From Candidatus Saccharimonadia bacterium (GTDB lineage Bacteria > Patescibacteriota > Saccharimonadia > UBA4664), in NCBI GenBank assembly GCA_036488585.1, contig DASXHH010000014.1, forward strand, positions 2,410-66,409: a stretch of DNA of 64,000 nt, given 5' to 3'. A model generated the notes under the pieces. That model did no database searches, was not told where the DNA came from, and was given only the letters and a program-made list of their open reading frames with translations. Shown here piece after piece: positions 35,228 through 44,794 of this stretch. The translations under genes were made by a program, and so were the position numbers. Position 1 is the stretch's first letter, and each line of letters starts with the position of its first letter.

Positions 35228-36256
35228 TTAGATTGCGAGCGACGGGTCGGCTTGGAGGGTGAGGGGATCGGTGGTACGGCCGGCTTGGGCCAGATAGTAA
35301 CCCATCGAGGCGATCATGGCAGCGTTGTCGGTGCAGTACTGCATGGGGGCGTAGTTCATTTCGACCGGCAATCGTTCGGTGACAACCTTGCGTAAAGGAC
35401 GGCTGGCCGCGACGCCGCCGGCGATGACGACTGTCTGGGGTTTGAACTCGTGGTAGGCCTGCAGTAGCTTGTCGACCATGGTGTTGTAGAGCGTGAACGA
35501 AAAGCTGGCAGCCATGTCATGCTTCTGGATGTCTGTAAGCTTGTCCGGAATGTCGGTGGAGGGGGTGCGGAAATCTCCGCCAATCTCTTTTTGGAGGGTG
35601 CGAAGGACGGCGGTTTTGAGCCCGGAGAAGGAAAAGTCGTAGGAGTCGCCCAGATTGGCCATGGGAAGTTTACAGGCACGGGGATTGCCGAGGGGTCCGA
35701 GCTGGTCGATTTTGGGGCCGCCGGGGTATTCGAATCCAAGCATGCGGGCGACCTTGTCGCAGGCTTCGCCGGCAGCGTCGTCGCGGGTTTTGCCCAGAAC
35801 GCGGTATTCGAGAGGGGATTGGAATAATAGTAGGTCGGAATGTTTGCCCGAGGCACTCAAGGACAACAGTGGGAACTGCGGCTCGGGGTCGATGAGGAAG
35901 TTGGCGAAGGTATGGGCGACCACATGGTTGACCGCGTAGAGCGGCTTGTGGTGGGTGAGCGCGAGGGTGCGGGCGGTGAGGGTGCCGATGAGTAGGCTAC
36001 CGAGCAGACCGGGGCCAGCGGTAACGGCGATGCCGTCGATGTCGTCCCAAGTGGTGGCGGCCTTCTCGAGGGCTTCGTGGACAACCGGTAGAATAACCTC
36101 GATGTGACTACGGGCGGCCACCTCTGGCACCACGCCGCCGTAGGCTTTATGGATATCGATCTGGGAGGCGACGACGTTACTGAGCGCGTGGTGGCCGTCT
36201 TCGACGACAGCGGCGGCGGTTTCGTCGCAGGATGTTTCGATGCCGAGCAGTTTCAT
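35228..36256 (-). CDS. tsaD: tRNA N6-adenosine threonylcarbamoyltransferase TsaD (Kae1/Gcp)
   Basis: MKLLGIETSCDETAAAVV..., the His-His metal site (HVVAHTFA) and the ASKH fold. The start is placed at the internal ATG 36256. Confidence 0.9.
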   Translation of the reverse strand: MKLLGIETSCDETAAAVVEDGHHALSNVVASQIDIHKAYGGVVPEVAARSHIEVILPVVHEALEKAATTWDDIDGIAVTAGPGLLGSLLIGTLTARTLALTHHKPLYAVNHVVAHTFANFLIDPEPQFPLLSLSASGKHSDLLLFQSPLEYRVLGKTRDDAAGEACDKVARMLGFEYPGGPKIDQLGPLGNPRACKLPMANLGDSYDFSFSGLKTAVLRTLQKEIGGDFRTPSTDIPDKLTDIQKHDMAASFSFTLYNTMVDKLLQAYHEFKPQTVVIAGGVAASRPLRKVVTERLPVEMNYAPMQYCTDNAAMIASMGYYLAQAGRTTDPLTLQADPSLAI

Positions 36257-36349
36257 AACGGGAGTGATTGTAGCGCAAAAGGGCACAAAAGGCGAAGACC
36301 GCTCCCACGACGATGCGGGAGCGGTCTGGTTGCGGCAGGGAGCGGCATC

Positions 36350-36802
36350 TTAGCCTTCCCTACCTGGCTTAGGGTACTGTTCGGGAAATTCTCGCGCGAG
36401 CTCGCCCTCGATGTCGACGTGGTCGCTCTCCTGACCGACCGCCACTACCTGGTACGTCTTTTTGAGGAAGGCGGCGATCTCCTTGATCGGGGTCTCGAAG
36501 TGCGCCTGGCCGAATGGCGAGGATAGTTCGATGTTCAGCACGCTGCTCGGCTTACCGCCCTCGGTGCCGGCCGAAGGCCAGACCTGGACGTCACCGAGGC
36601 CCTCACGGGCTTCGATGCCGTTGGATAGCAAGTCGCGGGCGAAGATCCACTCGACGGGCTTGTCGAGCCCGAGGTAGAAGGCGATGTGGATGGCGTACGG
36701 GTCGTACCTGGTGTAGTACAAGTCGGCCATCAGTGGCGTGATCGTCTGCTGAGGCACCACGAGGAGTAGTCTTAGTTTGGCTGATACTGTGTTACTGTCC
36801 AT
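36350..36802 (-). CDS. ssgB: SsgA/SsgB-like protein (SALP family cell-division/sporulation factor)
   Basis: From ATG 36802: LRLLLVVPQQ...YTRYDPYAIHIAFYLGLDKPVEWIFARDLLSNG...GDVQVWPS...IELSSPFGQAHFETPIKEIAAFLKKT. This aligns motif by motif with actinomycete SsgB (DPYAVHATFH...VEWVFARDLLAEG...GDVRVWPS...LSSPEG). Confidence 0.7.
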   Translation of the reverse strand: MDSNTVSAKLRLLLVVPQQTITPLMADLYYTRYDPYAIHIAFYLGLDKPVEWIFARDLLSNGIEAREGLGDVQVWPSAGTEGGKPSSVLNIELSSPFGQAHFETPIKEIAAFLKKTYQVVAVGQESDHVDIEGELAREFPEQYPKPGREG

Positions 36803-36947
36803 GTTCCCCCCTGAGGTACGGGACGGTGCGGGCTGTGCCGGAAAGCACAGGCATGATGATTGTATAGCACTTATGTATGGCCTTGTCAATATGAGCGCAG
36901 GTTTAACATAACACTAGCGGCAAATGATTGCGGTAGAATAGTGAGCA

Positions 36948-37994
36948 ATGAGACTCGCAAACGAAGACGAACTGGCACGCTGGGACGAGCTGATCGCGGC
37001 TAACCCCGATGGCGGTAATGCTCTACAGACGCTGGCGTGGGGCGATTTTAAGGCACGCTGGGGCTGGGAGCCACGGCGGTACCTGTACGAGACCACGAGC
37101 GGTTTGGTGGCTGCTCAGTGGCTAGTACGCAATGTACGGGGTCAAGGAGAGCTATGGTATTGCCCGAAGGGTCCGGGCGTGACAACTCCGGCTGATTTTG
37201 CGGAGGTGGTGAAGCAGACGCGGTCGGCGGGTTGGGCTGGCGTGTTCGCGCGGTTTGAGAGTGAGGTGTTGGACGATGATGTACCAAGCAAGGCGGTTCT
37301 GACTAAGTTGGGGCTGGTGCGGTCGAATCGAGATCCGGGTATGAAATCGACGATTTTTGTGGACCTGAGGGGTGGCGAGGAGGCGGTGCTGGCGAGTTTT
37401 GGCCAGACGGCGCGGCGCAATATTCGCAAAGCGGTGGCTGCCGGCGTGACGGTAGAGGCGGTGGAGCCGAGCGACCACAACCTGCACATCATGTTCGAGC
37501 TAATGAAGGAGACTGAGGCACGAGCCCATTATGGATTGCGGCCAGAGGGATATTTTTGGGATTACTGGTCGGCCCAGTCTAGGGCCGGGCAGGCGCAACT
37601 GTTTTTTGCCAAGCATGACGGCCAGGTGCTGGCGGGTTTGTTCGCGACATTTGTGGGCAAGCGGGCGTGGTACAAGGACGGCGGTTCGTTTGCGTACCGG
37701 CGCGAGCTATTGGCGCCGTACCTGCTGCAATGGGAGGTGATGCGATGGTTGATGGCGCATGGGGCTGAGAGTTACGACATGATTGGCGTGCCGAACCGCG
37801 ACGAGGTCGGCACCGGTCACTCGAAGGACGGGTTGTATGAGTTTAAGTCGAAGTTTAATACCGAGATCACGGAGTTTATCGGGTGCTGGGATTTGCCGCT
37901 TGGTAATGGGGCGCGGTACAAGTTGTGGCGCAAAGTGGGCGAACGGGTGGCAGCCAGACTAGCCAACCGGCGTCCCGAAAAGTTTCTGTACTAA
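36948..37994 (+). CDS. FemAB-family peptidoglycan interpeptide-bridge aminoacyltransferase
   Basis: N-terminal LQTLAWGDFKARWGWEPRRYL...WYCPKGPGV, and the size and composition of FemX/FemAB (tRNA-dependent lipid II aminoacyl transferases). Confidence 0.6.
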   Translation: MRLANEDELARWDELIAANPDGGNALQTLAWGDFKARWGWEPRRYLYETTSGLVAAQWLVRNVRGQGELWYCPKGPGVTTPADFAEVVKQTRSAGWAGVFARFESEVLDDDVPSKAVLTKLGLVRSNRDPGMKSTIFVDLRGGEEAVLASFGQTARRNIRKAVAAGVTVEAVEPSDHNLHIMFELMKETEARAHYGLRPEGYFWDYWSAQSRAGQAQLFFAKHDGQVLAGLFATFVGKRAWYKDGGSFAYRRELLAPYLLQWEVMRWLMAHGAESYDMIGVPNRDEVGTGHSKDGLYEFKSKFNTEITEFIGCWDLPLGNGARYKLWRKVGERVAARLANRRPEKFLY

Positions 37995-38087
37995 ATTGAC
38001 CTAAAAATGACTAGCCGCTCCTGCGGGCCTCCGGGTTGGAGGTGCAGGAGCGGCGGCTTGATGCCTGGCGGATGTGTGGCGACGCGT

Positions 38088-38405
38088 TCACGTCGGTGGG
38101 GCGTCGGGAGACCGGTGCCATTGGTTATCGTCGCGCACCGACATGGCGTAGATTATCCTACGACGTCTCATGAGTTGGAGCGCCGTGTTGAGATCTGGGT
38201 CATCGGGCGAGAGGCCGAGGTATTCGGCGATGGCCCGAGTATTGCCATGGTGAATGCGGTCTAGGCAGTCGAGAACATTCTCGGCCATTTGATTGAGGCG
38301 CTGCTTGGTCTCGGTGCTGAGAGGCCGTTTTATGAGCCGCTGAAGATAAGCGGCGATCACCGAGAGTGGGATCAGCAGCAAGAGTATCCAGGTTGGGTGG
38401 TGCAT
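38088..38405 (-). CDS. small membrane protein, hypothetical
   Basis: One N-terminal TM helix (WILLLLIPLSVIAAYL). 105 aa. Confidence 0.35.
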   Translation of the reverse strand: MHHPTWILLLLIPLSVIAAYLQRLIKRPLSTETKQRLNQMAENVLDCLDRIHHGNTRAIAEYLGLSPDDPDLNTALQLMRRRRIIYAMSVRDDNQWHRSPDAPPT

Positions 38406-38515
38406 TCCTCATAACCCCCTAGGTGAGGAAGGATAAGTATTATAGTACTACAAACAATTTAAATTGTCAATGGTTTTAGGCTGGTATACTCAGGAAGTAA
38501 TTTGGACCTGAGAAT

Positions 38516-39835
38516 ATGTTTCGCAAGCTGGTGAAAGCGGTTTTGCCGCAGGAGTTTTTTAAAGCCGTTGAACCGACTGGGCACTTGCTGGAAGCGGTAT
38601 TGTGGCAGGTAGTAGAGGGATTTCCGGCTCGGGGACTGAATGTGATTGGTGTAACCGGAACGGACGGTAAGACCACCACATGCGCAATGATTTACGAGAT
38701 GTTAAACGACGCTGGAATTAAGACTGGCTTGATGAGCACGGTGGGCTGGGGTACTCCCGAGAATTGGCGGGAGCAGCAGGTGCATATGACGACTATGCCG
38801 ACGCGGGCGATGCTGCGGCGGATTAAGCAATTGCGGGCGGAGGGGATTAAATGGCTGGTGCTGGAGACAACGAGCCATGCACTGGCGCAAGGACGAGTGT
38901 GGGGCATGCCGTACAGCGTGGTAGCGATGACCAATGTGACGCACGAGCATTTGGATTATCACGGGACTTTTGAGCGCTACCGGGAGGCGAAGGTGAAGCT
39001 GTTTCGAATGGCGGGTGCAAATGAGCGCGGTCTGCGCTTGGGCGTAGTGAACGCGGACGACCCGAGTGCACCGTATTTCGCGGCGGCGATTCCGCGGGTG
39101 CTACGGTATGCGGTGAAGCAGGCGCAGGCGGATTTGAAGGCGAGTGATGTGAAGAGCAGCCCGGACGGCAACGAGTATGAACTGCGCTATGAGGGCGAGA
39201 CAGTGCACGTGCGGGTAGCATTGCCAGGTAGCTTTAACGTGTATAACTCGATGGCGGCGGCTGGCGTGGGGCTGGCCGTGGGGCTGTCGCCATCGCGGGT
39301 GGTGAAGGGGCTAGAGGCTTTGAAGACAGTGGAAGGCCGGATGAACAAGATCGAGGAGGGGCAGGATTTCTCGGTGATCGTGGACTTCGCGCACACGCCG
39401 GAGAGCTTCGAGAAAATTTTGAGTAGCTTTCGGAAATTGACAAAGGGGCGGCTGATCGTGATGTTTGGTTCGGCTGGCCGGCGGGATGAGAGCAAGCGCG
39501 GTAAGCAGGGGGCGAGTGCCGGCAAGTATGCCGATTTGGTGGTAGTAACCGAAGAGGACGACCGCGATGTGGACGGTATTCAGATTATGAACCAGATTGC
39601 TGCGGGGGCGGAAACAGAGGGAAAGGTGCGGGAGCGTGACCTGTTTTTGGTGCACGACCGGACGAAAGCGATAAAGTTTGCGGTGAATCGGGCCAAGCCG
39701 GGAGACACGGTACTGCTGCTGGGCAAGGGCCATGAGAAGACGATTGAGCGGGCGGATGGTGAACACCCATGGGACGAAGCCGGCACTGTTCGGGCGGCAC
39801 TGCGGGAGCTAAAAGTAGGTAAGAAGCGCGCCTAG
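38516..39835 (+). CDS. Mur ligase family protein, MurE-like but lacking the N-terminal domain
   Basis: P-loop GVTGTDGKTTT, ETTSHAL, NVTHEHLDYHG, GRMNKIE, VDFAHTPESFE and a C-terminal GKGHEKT, all MurE-like. It lies outside any dcw cluster. Confidence 0.7.
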   Translation: MFRKLVKAVLPQEFFKAVEPTGHLLEAVLWQVVEGFPARGLNVIGVTGTDGKTTTCAMIYEMLNDAGIKTGLMSTVGWGTPENWREQQVHMTTMPTRAMLRRIKQLRAEGIKWLVLETTSHALAQGRVWGMPYSVVAMTNVTHEHLDYHGTFERYREAKVKLFRMAGANERGLRLGVVNADDPSAPYFAAAIPRVLRYAVKQAQADLKASDVKSSPDGNEYELRYEGETVHVRVALPGSFNVYNSMAAAGVGLAVGLSPSRVVKGLEALKTVEGRMNKIEEGQDFSVIVDFAHTPESFEKILSSFRKLTKGRLIVMFGSAGRRDESKRGKQGASAGKYADLVVVTEEDDRDVDGIQIMNQIAAGAETEGKVRERDLFLVHDRTKAIKFAVNRAKPGDTVLLLGKGHEKTIERADGEHPWDEAGTVRAALRELKVGKKRA

Positions 39836-40710
39836 GCGTTATCGAGGGTGAGGGTGGTGCAACGGATGTAGCCGCCGCCCTTGATGAGTTCGCGAATGGC
39901 GGGGGTGAGGGTGGCGAGGCCGCGGGCTTCGATGGCGGCTTTGAGCTTGGGTCCGTGGGCGCTCATTACTACGGTGTGGCCGGTGGACACCAGATTGCAG
40001 GCGAAGCCTTTAACGGCTTCTTCGTAGCTGACCTCGATTTTGTCGAGACCGCTGAGGGCGCGAATTTTGGCTTGAGACTCGGGCTCGAAGGCATCGGGGC
40101 ACCAGGCGATGAGATCGGAGCGCAAAATGGAGATGGCGAGGTCGATGTCGTAGAAGAAGCTGTCGGGCCAGCCGGTGAGCTGATTGGTGACGGGAACGCC
40201 TGCGGGGTTGCGGGCCGGAATAGTGCGGAGGCTGATGACCTCGTAGCCGAGTTCGTCGGCCAGGAACGGATGTACACGGGGGTCGGTGCGGTAACCCGAG
40301 CCGGCGAGCAGGTAATTGCCGACCGGTAGTGCGTCGCCCTGGCCGGAGAAGCGGTAGGGGGGCTTGATAATGCGCTTGCCGAGGTTACGCAGAGCGGCTT
40401 CGGCATGCGGCTCCTCGCCTTGGCGCGGGGCGGGTAGCGAGGACATGACGGCGGTGTCGCCACGTATCAGCGCCCAGTTGGCGGTGTAGACGCCGTCCTG
40501 GCAGTCGGCGGGGGAGCCCACCTTCGTGACGGTAACACCGGCTGATTCCAGGGCCGCCTGGATGGCCTGGTGCTCGGCGATGGTACGGGCGACTTCGGGC
40601 TGATCGGCGCTGTTTGAGTAAGGGTTGAGCTCCTTAACGCTAAAGTGCTCGGCACCAGACATGAGCACGGTACGGTTGATAGTGGGGGCAGCGATCGATG
40701 TTTTGGACAT
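39832..40710 (-). CDS. guanidino-group-modifying-enzyme superfamily hydrolase (arginine deiminase/DDAH/amidinotransferase-like)
   Basis: C-terminal catalytic-Cys motif GGGYIRCTTLTL, typical of the superfamily. 292 aa. Confidence 0.5.
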   Translation of the reverse strand: MSKTSIAAPTINRTVLMSGAEHFSVKELNPYSNSADQPEVARTIAEHQAIQAALESAGVTVTKVGSPADCQDGVYTANWALIRGDTAVMSSLPAPRQGEEPHAEAALRNLGKRIIKPPYRFSGQGDALPVGNYLLAGSGYRTDPRVHPFLADELGYEVISLRTIPARNPAGVPVTNQLTGWPDSFFYDIDLAISILRSDLIAWCPDAFEPESQAKIRALSGLDKIEVSYEEAVKGFACNLVSTGHTVVMSAHGPKLKAAIEARGLATLTPAIRELIKGGGYIRCTTLTLDNA

Positions 40711-40739
40711 GATGGAATTATACCCGGTATGATAGGCGC

Positions 40740-42083
40740 ATGAAATTTACAGAATCTATCTTCAAGGCATATGACGTTCGCGGACTAGTAGGTGAGGAAT
40801 TAACGCCAGAGGTGGCGGAGGCGGTGGGGCGGGCATTTGCCGACTTTTTACCGGGTGATGGCCCAGTTTGCGTGGGTTACGATATGCGGCCGGATTCGCA
40901 GGAACTGGCGCGGGCGCTCAAGTCCGGCATTATGCGGCAGGGGCGTAAGGTGATTGATATTGGCCAGGTGGCGACCGATATGATTTATTACGCGACCGGA
41001 AGTTTGAAAGCGGCGGGTGGAGCGCAGGTGACGGCCAGTCACAACCCGGGTAAGTACAACGGAATTAAATTCTGTGGCGAGAACGCGAAGGCGATTAGTA
41101 TTACGTCGGGACTGGCGGAAATTCGTGATGCAGTGGCCACTGACCGGTACAAGCCGGAAGGCGAGGGCAGTCTGGAAGAGCGCGATGTAATGGAGGGCTG
41201 GGTGGATCACGCGCTCAGTTTCGTGGACGTGAAGAATTGGAAGCCGTGGCACATTGCGGTGGATGCGGGCAACGGTATGGCTGGTGCGGTGATGCCGCAC
41301 CTGGAAGGCAAGACGCCGCTCGTGGTGGAGCCGCTGTACTGGGAGCTCGACGGCACGTTCCCGAACCATGTGGCCAACCCGTTGATCGACGAGAACAACC
41401 GGGATCTGATTGCCAAAATTAAATCTGAGAAGCTGGATTTTGGCATTGCTTTTGATGGCGACGGCGACCGAGCGTTCTTGATCGACGAGCGCGGCCGGAC
41501 GGTGGCCGGGCACATTATGTCGGCCATGCTGGCTAAGCATTTTCTGAAACTGTATCCGGGGTCGAACATTGTATACGACGCTCGTAACTCACGGTTGGTG
41601 GAGGACACTATCGACGAGAATGGCGGCAAAAAGGTGCGTAGTCGGGTGGGACACAGCTTTATCAAAGAGGCAATGCGTGATAAGGACGCGCCGTTTGGCG
41701 GGGAATTTTCCGGTCACTACTACTTCCGTGACAACTGGTATGCCGACTCGGGGCTGATTGGGGCGCTGGTGGCGATCCAGGTACTGAACGACTCGGGCAA
41801 GAAGTTGAGTGAGTTGGTGGACGAGTTCGACGCCAAGTACGCGCGCTCACCCGAGGTCAATTTTGAGGTCCAGGATAAGGACGGCAAGATTGCCGAGATC
41901 AAGAAAGCTTACGCCGATGCTGAGCTCGATACGCTGGATGGTATCACCGTGAATTATCCGGACTGGTGGTTTAACGTGAGGGCTTCGAACACCGAGCCAC
42001 TGCTCAGGTTGAACATGGAGGCAAAGACTCGCGAGCAGCTGGACCGGGAGCTGGCGAAGATCGAGAAATTGCTGAAAGGCTAG
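40740..42083 (+). CDS. phosphomannomutase/phosphoglucomutase (alpha-D-phosphohexomutase)
   Basis: Active-site TASHNPGKYNGIK, metal-binding FDGDGDR and sugar-binding GEFSGHYYF. Confidence 0.9.
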   Translation: MKFTESIFKAYDVRGLVGEELTPEVAEAVGRAFADFLPGDGPVCVGYDMRPDSQELARALKSGIMRQGRKVIDIGQVATDMIYYATGSLKAAGGAQVTASHNPGKYNGIKFCGENAKAISITSGLAEIRDAVATDRYKPEGEGSLEERDVMEGWVDHALSFVDVKNWKPWHIAVDAGNGMAGAVMPHLEGKTPLVVEPLYWELDGTFPNHVANPLIDENNRDLIAKIKSEKLDFGIAFDGDGDRAFLIDERGRTVAGHIMSAMLAKHFLKLYPGSNIVYDARNSRLVEDTIDENGGKKVRSRVGHSFIKEAMRDKDAPFGGEFSGHYYFRDNWYADSGLIGALVAIQVLNDSGKKLSELVDEFDAKYARSPEVNFEVQDKDGKIAEIKKAYADAELDTLDGITVNYPDWWFNVRASNTEPLLRLNMEAKTREQLDRELAKIEKLLKG

Positions 42084-42204
42084 CTCTTGACGCTCTAAAT
42101 TCATAACGCTACGCTTGGGCGGTAAAGGTACTTGGCACTCCTCTGGCAGGAGTGCTAAAGTAATAACGCAATTGTGTTGGAACAACTTAAGTAAGGAGCA
42201 AAAG

Positions 42205-42468
42205 ATGGCGCTACAACCGTTAGCTGACCGCATCGTAGCCAAGCCGGTAGAGCCGGAATCAACCAGTCCGGCAGGAATTTTGTTGCCTGAGCAGGCGAAA
42301 GAGAAAACCACTGTAGCTAAGGTATTGGCTGTGGGTAAGGACGTGAAGGAAGTGAAGGTGGGCGACCGGATCGTCCACAGTGAGTACGGTCCGAACCGGT
42401 TCAAAGACGGTAATGAAGAGTTGTTGATTGTTAAAGAGGAAGACGTCCTCGCGGTGGTGAAGGGGTAA
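42205..42468 (+). CDS. groES: co-chaperonin GroES
   Basis: ATG 42205 follows AAGGAG. Reads MALQPLADRIVAKPVEPESTSPAGILLP... Confidence 0.9.
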   Translation: MALQPLADRIVAKPVEPESTSPAGILLPEQAKEKTTVAKVLAVGKDVKEVKVGDRIVHSEYGPNRFKDGNEELLIVKEEDVLAVVKG

Positions 42469-42474
42469 AGGATT

Positions 42475-44136
42475 ATGGCAAAGAAGATTTTTTACGATGA
42501 TGATGCTCGTGGCCGTGTGTTGGCTGGCGCCAAGGAATTGTATGAAGCTGTGCGCGTAACCATGGGGCCGAAAGGTCGCAACGTGGTGGTGCAGAAGAGC
42601 TACGGAGGCCCGACCGTGACGCACGATGGCGTGACCGTGGCGAAGGCGGTGGAAATCGAGAACCGGAATGACGAGACGTTGGGTCGCAGTGTGGGCGCCG
42701 AGCTAGTGAAGCAGGCGGCTTCCAAGACTAACGACACGGTGGGCGACGGTACGACGACCGCGACCGTGCTGACCTACCACATTTTAAGCGAGGCCAACAA
42801 GCTGATCGCGGCCGGTCACAACCCGATGGACTTGCGGGTGGGCTTGGACCAGGCGGCTGGGGTAGTGCTCGGCGCCGTGGAAGGTGTGACCGAGAAGATC
42901 GCCGGCAATAAGACCAAGGTGGCCCAGGTGGCGACGGTTTCGGCCGGCGACGCTGAGATTGGCGGTCTGATCGCTGACGTGATCGAGGCGGTGGGCGAGG
43001 ATGGCACTGTGACCGTAGAGAAGAGCGAGGCGCTTGGTATTACCAAGGAGATCGTGGAAGGCTTCAAGATTGATCGTGGTTACGTGAGCCAGTACATGGT
43101 GACCGATGGCGCTCGTATGGAGGCCAGTTACGAGAAGCCGTTGATTTTGGTGACTGATAAGAAGATTTCTAGCATTCAGGAGATTCTGCCTCTGCTGGAG
43201 AAGATGGCTCAGGGCGGCAAGAAAGAACTCGTGATTGTGGCCGAGGACGTGGAGGGCGAGGCTCTCGCGACTCTGGTGCTCAACCGGCTGAAGGGCGTGT
43301 TCAATACCCTGGCGATCAAGGCACCGGCGTTTGGTGACCGTCGTAAAGCCATCTTGCAGGACATAGCGGTGCTGACTGGTGCTACGGTGATCACCGACGA
43401 GCAAGGCATTACATTTGAGAACGCGACTGTTGATATGCTGGGTTCGGCCCGCAAGGTGATTGCTACCAAGGACGACACCACGATCATCGAAGGCGTGGGG
43501 GACCCGCGTGAGGTGCAGAAGCGCATCGCGGAGATTAAGGCTCAGATCGAGCACGCCTCGAGCGAGTACGACAAGGAGAACTTGGAGAAGCGGTTGGCGG
43601 CTCTGGCCGGCAAAGTGGCCGTGATTAAGGTCGGTGGCGCGACCGAGACCGAAATTGAGGAGAAGAAATTCCGGGTGGATGATGCGGTGGCTGCGACCAA
43701 GGCGGCTGTGGCCGAAGGCATCGTGCCTGGCGGTGGCGTCACACTGGTGGACCTGTCCAAGAAGCTGACCGTGGAGCCGACCAAGATTGGTTCCAGCCAG
43801 GAGGCTGGCCACTTGGTGCTGAAGCGGGCGTTGGTGCAGCCGTTTCGCGAACTAATGCGCAATGCGGGCCTTAACCCGGACGAGAAGTTACCGCAAGTGA
43901 TCGCGGGTAAGGGTGGCCAGGGCTTCGATGTGAACGACCCGGCCCAGCTCGTGGACCTGAAGGCTAAGGGGGTGGTTGATCCAGCCAAGGTGACGCGTGA
44001 GGCGGTGCAGAACGCCGTTTCGATTGCTGGCACAGCCATGACCATGGGTTCGCTGATCGTGGACATTCCGGAGGAGAAGCCGGCCGCGGGCGGCGGCATG
44101 CCCGGTGGCATGGGCATGGGCGGTATGGACTACTAA
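42475..44136 (+). CDS. groEL: chaperonin GroEL
   Basis: 553 aa with a C-terminal GGM repeat and the classic GroEL sequence throughout (AVKAPGFGDRRKA...). Confidence 0.97.
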   Translation: MAKKIFYDDDARGRVLAGAKELYEAVRVTMGPKGRNVVVQKSYGGPTVTHDGVTVAKAVEIENRNDETLGRSVGAELVKQAASKTNDTVGDGTTTATVLTYHILSEANKLIAAGHNPMDLRVGLDQAAGVVLGAVEGVTEKIAGNKTKVAQVATVSAGDAEIGGLIADVIEAVGEDGTVTVEKSEALGITKEIVEGFKIDRGYVSQYMVTDGARMEASYEKPLILVTDKKISSIQEILPLLEKMAQGGKKELVIVAEDVEGEALATLVLNRLKGVFNTLAIKAPAFGDRRKAILQDIAVLTGATVITDEQGITFENATVDMLGSARKVIATKDDTTIIEGVGDPREVQKRIAEIKAQIEHASSEYDKENLEKRLAALAGKVAVIKVGGATETEIEEKKFRVDDAVAATKAAVAEGIVPGGGVTLVDLSKKLTVEPTKIGSSQEAGHLVLKRALVQPFRELMRNAGLNPDEKLPQVIAGKGGQGFDVNDPAQLVDLKAKGVVDPAKVTREAVQNAVSIAGTAMTMGSLIVDIPEEKPAAGGGMPGGMGMGGMDY

Positions 44137-44170
44137 TCTCCGCTCGTATCTGAGAAAATTGTGCAGGTAC

Positions 44171-44199
44171 AAAAAGAGGCCACAGCCGGCCTCTTTTTT
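44171..44199 (+). terminator. intrinsic terminator after groEL (GAGGCC-ACAGCC-GGCCTC then T6)
   Basis: aaaaaGAGGCCacagccGGCCTCtttttt. Confidence 0.8.
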
Positions 44200-44278
44200 A
44201 TGTGCAGTCGTAGGGTTGCAATTTTTATATTTCATGGTATTGTGTGGGTGATCCGTAGATCCTCGGCAAGGAGGAAAT

Positions 44279-44701
44279 GTGTTTCAGCAAGCAAGCTGTC
44301 AGCTGACTCCGTGCCTGAGGTTGGTGCGGGTTGCTAGGACATTTACATCGACGACTCTGGAGGCACTTGGTTGTCCGCCAGATACAGTCGCCGATTGCGT
44401 CACGGTGGTATCCGAGCTCGTAGCTAACGCTATTGAGGCGGAGACCAAGGATGCGCCCGGCATGTCACCCGATGAGCTGCCACTGATTGGTGTTCGACTC
44501 GAGGTGACTGATGAATCGGTCATGATGGTCGTCTCAGACTCTTCACCTGGTGATCTGGTTGAATATCAGCCTTCACTGGATGACGAGCGGCATCGAGGAG
44601 AGAAAGTTGTGGCGGTCTTGTGCGGTCAGGCCGCTACCGTACGGTACTTGCCGGACCGCACCAAGGAGGTGCGAGCCTCGATGCGAAGGCACGCCGCCTA
44701 G
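44279..44701 (+). CDS. GHKL/HATPase_c-like small protein (anti-sigma-factor RsbW-like N-box)
   Basis: VVSELVANAIEA resembles the N-box of RsbW/SpoIIAB-type kinases. 140 aa. Confidence 0.4.
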   Translation: MFQQASCQLTPCLRLVRVARTFTSTTLEALGCPPDTVADCVTVVSELVANAIEAETKDAPGMSPDELPLIGVRLEVTDESVMMVVSDSSPGDLVEYQPSLDDERHRGEKVVAVLCGQAATVRYLPDRTKEVRASMRRHAA

Positions 44702-44794
44702 ATGGGACCGTAAGGTCCGATCAAATACCCCGGGAACGAGTTGTGTTCCCGGGGTTGATTGTGATTGGGCACCTGAAAGTGCTAGGCTTAATAT

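Noticed and set aside
42784-43812. 342-aa minus-strand ORF inside groEL
   Set aside because: Antisense to an unambiguous GroEL gene. His/Leu/Arg-rich composition is typical of spurious reverse frames.
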